From Agriterribacter sp. (GTDB lineage: Bacteria; Bacteroidota; Bacteroidia; Chitinophagales; Chitinophagaceae), in NCBI GenBank assembly GCA_037190905.1, contig JBBCKG010000019.1:16330-80329 (forward strand): a stretch of 64,000 bases of DNA, written 5' to 3'. How positions within the stretch are numbered: position 1 is the first letter of the stretch; the number at the start of each line of letters is the position of its first letter. The notes under the pieces are model-generated. The model was not told the origin of the DNA, ran no database searches, and was given only the letters and a program-made list of their open reading frames with translations. Below, in pieces: positions 27,499-36,276 of the stretch. A program made the position numbers and the translations under genes.

Positions 27499-29226
27499 CT
27501 ATTGTAGCTGCATGTCGGCAATAACCGCCTGTATACGTTGTTGCAGTGCTGCATGCACCCGTTCGTAATCCGAAGCAGCGGGCAGCGGTGCATTGACGCT
27601 AAAGTAGAATTTTATTTTAGGTTCTGTACCGGAAGGACGTGCCGATATTTTGGTGCCATCTTCCAGTACGAACTGCAATACATTTGATTTCGGCAGCGGG
27701 ATGTTCCATTCTTCTCCTGTAGCCGGATTCTTCCCTTTGCCGGTTTGGTAATCCAGCAACTGCACCACGGGCGACCCATTGATAGCAGTGGGGGTTTTGT
27801 CTCGATACGATTGCATCATTTCGGCTATTTCTTCCTGCCCGCGCATTCCCTTTTTGGTGATAGAAATGAGGTGCTCTTTGTAAAAACCATATTGTACATA
27901 GAGATCTACCAGCTTATCGAACAGGCTGCGCCCCTTATCTTTTTCGTAAGCGGCCATTTCGCACAGGATGGCAACGGCACTTACCGCATCTTTATCCCTC
28001 AGTTCGGGGCCTACCAACAATCCGTAGCTTTCCTCCCCTCCTATTATATAGTTCTCTTTTCCTTCTTTTTCACGGATCAGTTCTGCAATCCATTTAAACC
28101 CTGTAAGCACATTGTAGCAGGCGATGCCATTTTTTTCGGCAAACCGGTCTATCATATCGGTGGTCACTATGGTTTTCACCACCATATCGTTCGGTTTGGC
28201 CAGCCCTTTGGATTTGCGTGCTTCTATCAGATAACTAAATGCCAGTACGGCAGTTTGGTTACCATTCACCAGCATCCATTCTCCCCGGTTATCTTTAATA
28301 GCGATTCCCACGCGGTCGGCATCCGGATCGGTTCCGAGCAGAATATCAGCATCCAGCTCCCTGGCCTTTTTAAGCCCGATACTCATGGCCTCGCTTTCCT
28401 CCGGATTGGGGTATACCACCGTTGGAAAATTGCCATCTGGCGTTGCCTGTTCTTCCACCACTGTTGCATTGGTAAACCCATAAGCTTTCAGCAGTTCCGG
28501 CACCAGGGTAATACCTGTGCCGTGTATAGGCGTATATACAATTTTCAGATCGTGTTGCCGGGCAATCACATCGGGATACACACTCAGCGACTTCGCCATA
28601 GTCAGATAGGCATCGTCTACTTCTTTGCCAATCATCTGTATATTGGCTTCTCCACCCGACCATTTCACTTCATCTACAGAAGCTATTTTGTCTACCTCGG
28701 CTATTACATTTTTATCGTGCGGTGGCACCAGTTGTCCTCCATCTTCCCAATAGGCTTTGTATCCGTTGTATTCACGCGGGTTGTGCGAAGCCGTGCAAAC
28801 CACGCCACCCTGACAGCCAAGGTGCCGTATGGAAAAAGACAATTCCGGGGTAGGGCGCAATGCCTCAAAGAGAAATACTTTTATGCCATTGGCCGCCATT
28901 ACGTTGGCTGTGATCTCAGCAAACTGACGGCTGTTGTTACGACTATCGTGTGCTATGGCTACCTTTACCTCTCTGCCGGCATATACCCGGTTCAGGTAGT
29001 TGGCATAGCCCTGTGTAGCCATTCCTATGGTGTACTTATTGATTCTGTTGGTACCAATACCCATGATGCCGCGCAAGCCTCCTGTGCCGAACTCCAGATT
29101 CCTGTAAAATGCATCTACTGCTTCATCGGCATTATCCGACAGCAGTTTTTTTACTCCTGCCTTTGTATCTTCATCAAACGATCCATTCAACCAGTTATCT
29201 ATCCTTTCTTTAACCTTGGCGTCCAT
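27499..29226 (-). CDS. Phosphoglucomutase/phosphomannomutase family phospho-sugar mutase
   Basis: 575 aa. Active-site loop CTASHNPREYNGYK, metal loop GTDPDADR and sugar loop GGEESYG. Confidence 0.9.
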   Translation of the reverse strand: MDAKVKERIDNWLNGSFDEDTKAGVKKLLSDNADEAVDAFYRNLEFGTGGLRGIMGIGTNRINKYTIGMATQGYANYLNRVYAGREVKVAIAHDSRNNSRQFAEITANVMAANGIKVFLFEALRPTPELSFSIRHLGCQGGVVCTASHNPREYNGYKAYWEDGGQLVPPHDKNVIAEVDKIASVDEVKWSGGEANIQMIGKEVDDAYLTMAKSLSVYPDVIARQHDLKIVYTPIHGTGITLVPELLKAYGFTNATVVEEQATPDGNFPTVVYPNPEESEAMSIGLKKARELDADILLGTDPDADRVGIAIKDNRGEWMLVNGNQTAVLAFSYLIEARKSKGLAKPNDMVVKTIVTTDMIDRFAEKNGIACYNVLTGFKWIAELIREKEGKENYIIGGEESYGLLVGPELRDKDAVSAVAILCEMAAYEKDKGRSLFDKLVDLYVQYGFYKEHLISITKKGMRGQEEIAEMMQSYRDKTPTAINGSPVVQLLDYQTGKGKNPATGEEWNIPLPKSNVLQFVLEDGTKISARPSGTEPKIKFYFSVNAPLPAASDYERVHAALQQRIQAVIADMQLQ

Positions 29227-29390
29227 AATTAATAGTTAGAGTTTGCAATCGGTTTCAATAATCTTTACCGAATATCGGGGAAAACAGGAAACTACGCAAG
29301 TTTTTTAGCCGGGCCGGTGCAGGAGGAGTTGTGTAAAACAATAACACACCCTTATACCAGTTATACCCGGGTTGGAAGCATTGGTTTGCG

Positions 29391-29885
29391 CTATTCCAGC
29401 CACGCTCCCACTACCTTATCTCCATCTGTTTCCACAAAAATATGGTCCTGCAAGGTGGTAGCTACCGCATAGCCTATATAATCTGTATGAACGGGAAATG
29501 TTTTGTGCGTCCTGTCTACCAAAGCCAGCGTCTGAATTTTTTTGGGGTGGTCATCTAAAAAAGTCTGCAACACGTAGAGCATGGTTTTGCCGCTGTTGGC
29601 TACATCGTCTACCACAATTACGGCTTTGCCGCCAAAGTTGTAATCACCATCTAAAGTTATCCGGCGGGGGAATCTTTTATCATCCACTTCGATGGTGATC
29701 ACTGTTACCTCACCGGGAAATACCCCCTGCAGCAACTGCTGCAACCTTTTGGCTATTACCACGCCGTTGTCTTTTACGCCAGCCAGTATCAGGCTGTGCT
29801 CTCCTACGTTTTGCTCAGCAATTTCGTAGGCCATACGCTTCAGTTTTTTTTCTATCGTTTCGTAATGCAGTATGTAATTCTTCAT
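29391..29885 (-). CDS. Phosphoribosyltransferase family protein (PyrR/purine PRT-like)
   Basis: PRPP-binding loop AVIVVDDVANSGKTM. The start is set at ATG 29885 (MKNYILHYETIEKKLKRMAYEIAE). Confidence 0.7.
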   Translation of the reverse strand: MKNYILHYETIEKKLKRMAYEIAEQNVGEHSLILAGVKDNGVVIAKRLQQLLQGVFPGEVTVITIEVDDKRFPRRITLDGDYNFGGKAVIVVDDVANSGKTMLYVLQTFLDDHPKKIQTLALVDRTHKTFPVHTDYIGYAVATTLQDHIFVETDGDKVVGAWLE

Positions 29886-29973
29886 CTGTTGTATTAATGA
29901 TTTCAAAACTAAGTGGTATTGGCGAATAAAACAATTCGTACTAAACATCTTATCTTAGCGTTAGAATAACAAC

Positions 29974-31299
29974 ATGCAGGCAGTTATACAGATCATATTT
30001 GCGCTCCTGGTAGCCGGGGGAATCGGCTGGTTTATCAGAAACCTCCTGCTGATCCGCCGCAACATTCTGCTGGGTAAAGACGCTGATTATACAGACCAGC
30101 CCGGGCGACGCTGGCGAAACCTGCTGTTGCTGGCGTTCGGGCAAAAAAAGATGTTCAGAAATCCGCTGGTAGCGGTATTGCATTTTTTTGTGTATGCCGG
30201 TTTCCTGATCATCAATATTGAGTTGCTGGAAATCGTGCTGGATGGCGTATCGGGTACACACCGGCTGTTTGCTGCCCCTTTGGGCAAGGGCTATACCGCA
30301 CTCATCAACAGTTTTGAAGTGCTGGCCGCTTTGGTACTGGTATCCTGCCTGGTATTTTTAGTAAGAAGAAACCTGATCCGGCTTCGCCGTTTCACCAGTA
30401 AAGACCTGAACGGATGGCCCAGAAGTGATGCCAATTATATACTTATTACAGAAATCGTGCTGATGGCACTGTTCTTACTGATGAACAGCGCCGACCTGGC
30501 CTTGCAGGAAAAAGGACATGCGCTGTATGCCGCGCATCCAACCGACCGGTTCCTCATCTCCGGGACGCTTTCGCCACTGTTGACAGGTTTCAGCGAAAGC
30601 ACGCTGGTAGCCCTGGAAAGAGGTGCCTGGTGGCTTCATATACTGGGCATTCTGGCTTTTATGAATTACCTGCCCTACTCCAAGCACCTCCACATTATAC
30701 TGGCTTTTCCCAACGCATACTATACCCGGCTGGAACCCAAGGGCACCATGCAGAATATGCCGGCCATCCAAAACGAAGTATTGTATATGATGGAACCGGA
30801 GAAGGCCCCGCCCGCTGATCCGGAAGCTGCCCCTCCGCGTTTCGGAGCGAAAGATATCGTTGACCTGAGCTGGAAAAACCTGCTGGATGCTTATGCCTGC
30901 ACGGAATGCGGCCGCTGTTCAGCCGCTTGTCCAGCCAATATTACCGGTAAAGCATTATCTCCGCGTAAGATCATGATGGATACGCGCGATCGGGCTACCG
31001 AGGTGGGACAAAACATCCGGCGCTATGGTTCGTTTCAGGACGATGGAAAAACCCTGCTGCACAACTACATCACCGTAGAGGAACTGAGGGCCTGCACCAC
31101 CTGCAATGCCTGCGTGGAAGAATGCCCGGTAAGTATCAATCCACTTGAGATTATACTGGAACTGCGCCGCAGCCTGGTGATGGAAGAAAGTAATGCGCCA
31201 CAGGAATGGAACAGCATGTTTGGCAATATCGAAAACAATTTTGCCCCCTGGAAGCTAAGCCCCGACGAGCGCGACAAATGGGCTAATGCGGCTGTTTAA
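29974..31299 (+). CDS. Membrane-anchored (Fe-S)-binding protein: N-terminal multi-TM domain plus a 2x[4Fe-4S] ferredoxin-like domain (HdrD/GlpC/DsrK N-terminal half type)
   Basis: 441 aa. About 270 hydrophobic N-terminal residues with several TM helices, then CTECGRCSAACP and CTTCNACVEECP (CxxCxxCxxxCP twice). Confidence 0.75.
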   Translation: MQAVIQIIFALLVAGGIGWFIRNLLLIRRNILLGKDADYTDQPGRRWRNLLLLAFGQKKMFRNPLVAVLHFFVYAGFLIINIELLEIVLDGVSGTHRLFAAPLGKGYTALINSFEVLAALVLVSCLVFLVRRNLIRLRRFTSKDLNGWPRSDANYILITEIVLMALFLLMNSADLALQEKGHALYAAHPTDRFLISGTLSPLLTGFSESTLVALERGAWWLHILGILAFMNYLPYSKHLHIILAFPNAYYTRLEPKGTMQNMPAIQNEVLYMMEPEKAPPADPEAAPPRFGAKDIVDLSWKNLLDAYACTECGRCSAACPANITGKALSPRKIMMDTRDRATEVGQNIRRYGSFQDDGKTLLHNYITVEELRACTTCNACVEECPVSINPLEIILELRRSLVMEESNAPQEWNSMFGNIENNFAPWKLSPDERDKWANAAV

Positions 31300-31332
31300 C
31301 CAACAACGTTGGTACTGCCTGGTTACTTTGAT

Positions 31333-31806
31333 TTACCTGCGTATGGTAGTACCCGGCTGCGGTGTTTCGTAGCGACCGGTTTTTTCTTCCAGCCTGATAC
31401 GGTATACTACCCCTTCTATGGTATTGATATCGGGCGGGCTGAATGGCCAGTCGTCTGTAAAACGCATGGTTTCGCTGGACGCACCCGGTATCACGCGCGA
31501 CGAGAGTTTTTTCAACGCTTCACTGCGTGCTTCCGGATCTGTGAGTTCTTCAAACTTCCCCCAGCCGATCACTGTTTTCCATGATGCCATAGATGTAATG
31601 TCCTCCACTTCAATGCATACTTCTGGATTCTTTCTGAGAAAATCTACTTTCATCCCTTCCTTCGTTCTGCCATAAATATAGCTGCCATCGTACACGTAAC
31701 TTATGGGAACAACGTATACCCTGCCGTTGCCTAAACAACCCAGCCGGGCAATCTGACCAGACGCCAATAATTCATCTATTTCCGAAGAATTGAGATTTCC
31801 TATCAT
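31333..31806 (-). CDS. Pyridoxamine 5'-phosphate oxidase-like flavin-binding family protein
   Basis: 157 aa. N-terminal LNSSEIDELLASGQIARLGC..NGRVYVVPISYVYDGSYIYGRTKEGMK matches the PNPOx-like split-barrel family pattern. Confidence 0.65.
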   Translation of the reverse strand: MIGNLNSSEIDELLASGQIARLGCLGNGRVYVVPISYVYDGSYIYGRTKEGMKVDFLRKNPEVCIEVEDITSMASWKTVIGWGKFEELTDPEARSEALKKLSSRVIPGASSETMRFTDDWPFSPPDINTIEGVVYRIRLEEKTGRYETPQPGTTIRR

Positions 31807-31902
31807 ATCGTGTGCATTGATTTGAAGCCGCTAAAATAGTGGTTCTCCGGCAAATAAAAACTAATAGATGTCAGATTGCGAAATGAGCCCCGTCAGAAAG
31901 GG

Positions 31903-32445
31903 CTATTGCCTGGGTTGCGCACGGATTTTCAGGTGTACGGTCAGTTCATCTGCCATAGATATGCTGGACCCGCCTACGTTGAAATCTCTTCTGTTGATCT
32001 TAAAGCTGCCCTCAAACAGGTACGCCGTTTCTTCCTTCACCGCCTTGAATGGAAAGGAAACGGCTTTGGTGACACCTTTAATCGTAAGCTGACCGAAAAT
32101 AAACCAATGGTCTTTATCGGTGCTGGTGGTTACTTTATCAGACACGAACTGCAGCAGGGGATGATTTTTCGTATCCAGGAACTCTTCTTCATTGAGATGG
32201 TTATCTCTGCGTTTGATACCGGTATTCACGGTATTGGCTTTTACCGTAACGTTGAACGCCGCGCCGGCAAGATCGTCTTCATCGAAAGCAATGGCGCCTT
32301 CCAGCCCGCTAAAGCTGCCACGGACATTTACACCGAAATTACGGATGGCAAACCCCACTTCTGATCCCTCATCCACAACAGTGTACTGTTGGGCATACGA
32401 TGCAGAAAAAACAAAAACCGAGAGCAGGGTAAAAATACATTTCAT
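31903..32445 (-). CDS. YceI family periplasmic (polyisoprenoid-binding) protein
   Basis: 180 aa. Signal peptide; VGFAIRNFGVNVRGSFSGLEGAIAFD, NTGIKRRDNHL and FLDTKNHP are YceI-like hallmarks. Confidence 0.75.
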   Translation of the reverse strand: MKCIFTLLSVFVFSASYAQQYTVVDEGSEVGFAIRNFGVNVRGSFSGLEGAIAFDEDDLAGAAFNVTVKANTVNTGIKRRDNHLNEEEFLDTKNHPLLQFVSDKVTTSTDKDHWFIFGQLTIKGVTKAVSFPFKAVKEETAYLFEGSFKINRRDFNVGGSSISMADELTVHLKIRAQPRQ

Positions 32446-32679
32446 ATCATGGTATAATAGTAAAAAAAAGCAGTAATGCCAAAGATATTAAACATGAATA
32501 TACAGATAGGGCTGCAACAAAACATTAACACGAAGCAGGCTCCTGCAACAGGAATGCGGGCCACCACTCGGTTATTATAAAATAATACCAGGCGATACAA
32601 AACGGACTCTTTCAGCGTTATGAAGTAGCTGATCGTCTGATTGCTGATTTTAAGGTAGTTTTGAATCAAATTTTGAGCC

Positions 32680-33459
32680 ATGCACGTTCCGACCATGTCA
32701 CAATTGTTAGCCGAAGGCGAAACTCCCGAAGTTCTTTTCTGGGTGGGATGTGCCGGCAGCTTTGACCTCCGGGCACAAAAAATCACCCAGGCTTTCGCTA
32801 CCATATTGAATAAACTCGCCATCAAATACGCTATACTGGGAAAAGAAGAAATGTGCACCGGCGATCCTGCACGGCGCGCGGGCAACGAATTTTTATTTCA
32901 GATGATGGCCTACAATAATATTCAGTTGCTGGATGGCTACGGCATCAAAAAAATTGTTACGGCCTGCCCGCATTGCTTTAATATATTCAAAAACGAATAC
33001 CCGGCACTGGGCGGCAACTATGAGGTAATACACCACGCTGTTTTTCTCCAGGACCTGATTACACAGGGAAAAATAAAAATGCGGGAGGGCAACAGCTTCA
33101 AAGGCAGGCGCATTACGTATCACGACAGTTGCTATCTCGGGCGTGCCAATAACATCTACGAAGCGCCCAGGCAGGTGCTGGAAGCGCTGGATGCAGAACT
33201 GGTAGAGATGAAGCGTTGCCGCAGCAAAGGGCTTTGTTGTGGCGCAGGAGGTGCACAAATGTTTAAAGAAGAAGAAAAAGGCAATATACGTGTCAACCAG
33301 GAGCGTACCAACGAAGCCCTCGAAACAGGTTCTTCCGTCATAGCCGCTGCCTGCCCCTTTTGCAATACCATGCTTACCGACGGGGTAAAAAATGGAGAAA
33401 AGGAAGATAGCGTGCAGGTGCTGGATATAGCAGAACTGGTAGCTGCCTCTATGGAATAA
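32680..33459 (+). CDS. (Fe-S)-binding protein with two cysteine-rich CCG domains (HdrD/GlpC C-terminal half type)
   Basis: 259 aa. First Cys-rich unit FWVGCAGSFD...VTACPHCFN. Second unit YHDSCYLGR...KGLCCGAGGA...AACPFC carries the CCG motif. Confidence 0.75.
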   Translation: MHVPTMSQLLAEGETPEVLFWVGCAGSFDLRAQKITQAFATILNKLAIKYAILGKEEMCTGDPARRAGNEFLFQMMAYNNIQLLDGYGIKKIVTACPHCFNIFKNEYPALGGNYEVIHHAVFLQDLITQGKIKMREGNSFKGRRITYHDSCYLGRANNIYEAPRQVLEALDAELVEMKRCRSKGLCCGAGGAQMFKEEEKGNIRVNQERTNEALETGSSVIAAACPFCNTMLTDGVKNGEKEDSVQVLDIAELVAASME

Positions 33460-33483
33460 AGCGTAAATCCGTAAATTTGCCTT

Positions 33484-34008
33484 ATGAACTTCGAATACAA
33501 ACACCTGTTACCGCAGGAATTTGCGCCCTCCTCGCGGGTATGGCTCTACCAGAGCAATCGCATCTTCTCTCTTTCGGAAGTACTGGAAGTGGAAAAGCTG
33601 CTGGAAGGCTTTGTAACACAGTGGACAGCGCACGGCGCCCCCGTAAAAGGGTTTGGTACCGTTTTTTTCGGACAGTTTGTGGTACTGATGGCCGACGAAA
33701 CGCATACACAGGTGAGTGGATGCAGTACAGACAGCTCTGTACGATTTATTAAATCGCTGGAAGAACGTTTCGCCATCAGCCTGTTTGACCGGCAACTGCT
33801 GGCCTTTATCATTAAAGACAAAATACAGGTAATACCGCTCAACCAATTGAAATACAGCATAGAAAACGAATTTATCGAATTCGATACTCCCTATTTCAAT
33901 AATACGGTACTTACCAGAAAAGACCTGGAGGAACACTGGATTGTACCCGCAGGCAAAAGTTGGATCGGGAATAAATACAGTTTTAACGTACAGGCCAATA
34001 ATAGCTGA
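33484..34008 (+). CDS. Conserved hypothetical protein
   Basis: 174 aa, starting 24 bp after the CCG-domain gene. No motif I can assign. Confidence 0.5.
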   Translation: MNFEYKHLLPQEFAPSSRVWLYQSNRIFSLSEVLEVEKLLEGFVTQWTAHGAPVKGFGTVFFGQFVVLMADETHTQVSGCSTDSSVRFIKSLEERFAISLFDRQLLAFIIKDKIQVIPLNQLKYSIENEFIEFDTPYFNNTVLTRKDLEEHWIVPAGKSWIGNKYSFNVQANNS

Positions 34009-34042
34009 CCTGCATGCGGTATCTTTATTAAAATAACAGGAA

Positions 34043-34552
34043 ATGGTAGTTGAAAAAAACAAAGTAGTCAGTATATCCTATAGCGCCACCGATGAAACCG
34101 GACAGGTTGTAGACAGCAACCTGGAGTTTGAACCATTGCAGTATCTGCACGGGCATGGTAATATACTCGAGCCCCTGGAAGCGGAATTGAACGGGCTGGG
34201 TGTGGATGAAGAAAAAAACGTGGTGTTAGCACCCGATCAGGCGTATGGAAACTTTGACCCTGAACTGGTATTTGAAGTAACCAGGGAACAGTTTCCTGAA
34301 GGCGCAGCCGAATTGCAGCGGGGAAGTACCGTGCAGTCGTCAGACGGCCTGGAACTGATGGTAACGGATATCGACGGCGACAAGATAGTGCTGGATGGCA
34401 ACCATCCCCTGGCGGGCCGTACCCTTCAGTTTTCCGTAACCATCAAAGGCATACGCGAGGCCACGGAAGAAGAGCTTTCGCATCAGCACGCACATGCCGC
34501 ACACACTGCGCAGGGTGGCAGTTGTGGCAATGGCTGTGGCTGTTCGCATTAA
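34043..34552 (+). CDS. slyD: FKBP-type peptidyl-prolyl cis-trans isomerase, SlyD-like, with a His/Cys-rich metal-binding tail
   Basis: 169 aa. FKBP core with an inserted-flap region (GHGNILEPLEAEL, AYGNFDPELV, LDGNHPLAGRTLQFSVTI) and the tail HQHAHAAHTAQGGSCGNGCGCSH. Confidence 0.8.
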   Translation: MVVEKNKVVSISYSATDETGQVVDSNLEFEPLQYLHGHGNILEPLEAELNGLGVDEEKNVVLAPDQAYGNFDPELVFEVTREQFPEGAAELQRGSTVQSSDGLELMVTDIDGDKIVLDGNHPLAGRTLQFSVTIKGIREATEEELSHQHAHAAHTAQGGSCGNGCGCSH

Positions 34553-35596
34553 TCAGCGCACGGTTCTGAAATAGTCTTCTTTTTCCAGCATTCGCCGGAG
34601 CAGGGTTATCTGATTGCGTGCCCGCACAAAATTGTGTGCCTCATAACGGGCGCCATAGTAGGTATCGTTGTTCAGATAATCGGTCAGGAACCGCAAGGCC
34701 TGCATGTACATCAGGTAGCAGCCTGCATCGAAAAACGCCCCTGTTTCCACTTCGCTCAATTCGCCTTTCATCCCATCCAGGTACCCCCTTACGATGGCCA
34801 CGAAATAGTTATCGCGAATCTGTATTTTATCAAAGTCCTGCTCTTCTTCACTTACCGGCGACAGACAGGTACGCATCATATCGCCCACATCGCTGGTGAA
34901 ATAGCCAGCCATCACCGTATCCAGGTCAATTACACAGATGCCCCGGTCTGCTTCGTTGAACAATACATTGCTGATCTTCGTATCGTGGTGCGTAACCCGG
35001 CGCTTGAAAGCCGGATTCTGCTGCATGGCATTAAAATTCTTAACGATAAAATTCTGCTCCTGTAACCAGGCCACTTCTACAGCCGCTTCTGCTATACGCT
35101 GGGCGTTGCCTGCAGACAATGCTTCTATAAACTGGCGGTAGCGCAAATCAAGGTTGTGAAAGTCCGGGATGGTGTCTTTGAGGTTATCTGCAGGAAAATC
35201 GCGCAACAGGTAGGTAAACATTCCAAACTGCCTGGCGGCTTCGAAAGCCTGTAGCGGCGTTTGCACCACATCTACCGTATGCGAATTTTCCACAAATGGC
35301 GTGAGCCGAAAATACCCCTCCCCCTCTACAAAATGAAGATCCGCTTTATTGCGGGTTTGTAAAGACCGTACGAAAAAATAGTCCGGATGGTGCTCAGAGA
35401 GATAACGGCCGATTGTTCGCGTGTTGTGCGCAATATACTCAGGTTGCCTGAAAACATGATGATTGATGCGTTGCAGAATGTAGGATTTTCCATTGGATGT
35501 CACCTTCCAGGTATTGTTGATCAGTCCGCTGCCGAACGGCGCTGCAGTGTAATTGCTATCCGCCAGTCCGTAGGCTTCCAGTATATCCGGTATCAT
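34553..35596 (-). CDS. Aminoglycoside phosphotransferase (APH)/protein-kinase-like family phosphotransferase, possibly a sugar kinase
   Basis: N-terminal nucleotide loop PFGSGLINNTWKV, catalytic VTHHDTKISNVLF and ICVIDLDT (Brenner and DxD motifs). The start is set at ATG 35596. Confidence 0.65.
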   Translation of the reverse strand: MIPDILEAYGLADSNYTAAPFGSGLINNTWKVTSNGKSYILQRINHHVFRQPEYIAHNTRTIGRYLSEHHPDYFFVRSLQTRNKADLHFVEGEGYFRLTPFVENSHTVDVVQTPLQAFEAARQFGMFTYLLRDFPADNLKDTIPDFHNLDLRYRQFIEALSAGNAQRIAEAAVEVAWLQEQNFIVKNFNAMQQNPAFKRRVTHHDTKISNVLFNEADRGICVIDLDTVMAGYFTSDVGDMMRTCLSPVSEEEQDFDKIQIRDNYFVAIVRGYLDGMKGELSEVETGAFFDAGCYLMYMQALRFLTDYLNNDTYYGARYEAHNFVRARNQITLLRRMLEKEDYFRTVR

Positions 35597-35705
35597 GTTG
35601 TAAGAATTAATCAATTTGATTAAAGATAACGGTTTCACTAAAAAGCAAACAGATTTCACCTGTTATTCTGTGTATTTCACTCAATCGTTTGAGTAATTTT
35701 ACATA

Positions 35706-36221
35706 ATGAATATTCGCGAAATGCTGTTAGCAGAACACTCCAGAAAACAATGCGATAAAATAGTACGCTATATCGGTACAGACCGGCTTCGCTTCGGAGA
35801 GCTGGTACAACTGTTTCTGCAGGATGAATACCGTGTGGTGCAAAGAGCAGCCTGGCCGCTGAGCCGCTGTGCGGAGCGGTATCCGGCATTGGTACAAAAG
35901 TATTTACCCAGGATTGTGCGCAAGTTGCAACAACCCGGGCTGCACGATGGGGTAAAACGCAATACCGTACGTATGCTACAGCACATTGATATACCCCTGC
36001 CTTTACATGGTATGGTGATGAACACCTGTTTTGATTACCTGGCCGACCCCAAAGAAGCTGTAGCGATAAAAGCATTTTCGATGACCGTTTTACAAAAGCT
36101 GGCTGCACAATACCCGGATATTATGCCGGAATTGAAAGCGCTGGTAGAAGACCAGCTACCTCATCAAACACCCGCATTCAAAAGCCGGGCAAAAAAGCTG
36201 ATGCAACAGTCTGAAGGGTAG
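35706..36221 (+). CDS. Hypothetical alpha-helical (HEAT/AlkD-like repeat?) protein
   Basis: 171 aa. Helical repeats with WPL...YP... spacing. Only a weak resemblance to DNA alkylation repair-like folds. Confidence 0.4.
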   Translation: MNIREMLLAEHSRKQCDKIVRYIGTDRLRFGELVQLFLQDEYRVVQRAAWPLSRCAERYPALVQKYLPRIVRKLQQPGLHDGVKRNTVRMLQHIDIPLPLHGMVMNTCFDYLADPKEAVAIKAFSMTVLQKLAAQYPDIMPELKALVEDQLPHQTPAFKSRAKKLMQQSEG

Positions 36222-36276
36222 CGCTACAGACTACTAAGGCTACACAGTACCCGTTGCATAGGTATCTGCTACCAGC

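Noticed and set aside
27745-29232. A 495-aa ORF on the + strand spans almost the whole phosphoglucomutase gene in antisense.
   Set aside because: Its translation is low-complexity (rich in F/I/H/Y/R) with no motif. The minus-strand frame carries unmistakable phosphoglucomutase signatures (TASHNP, GTDPDADR). Long open antisense frames arise when the sense gene avoids the codons whose complements are stops. I treat it as a shadow ORF.
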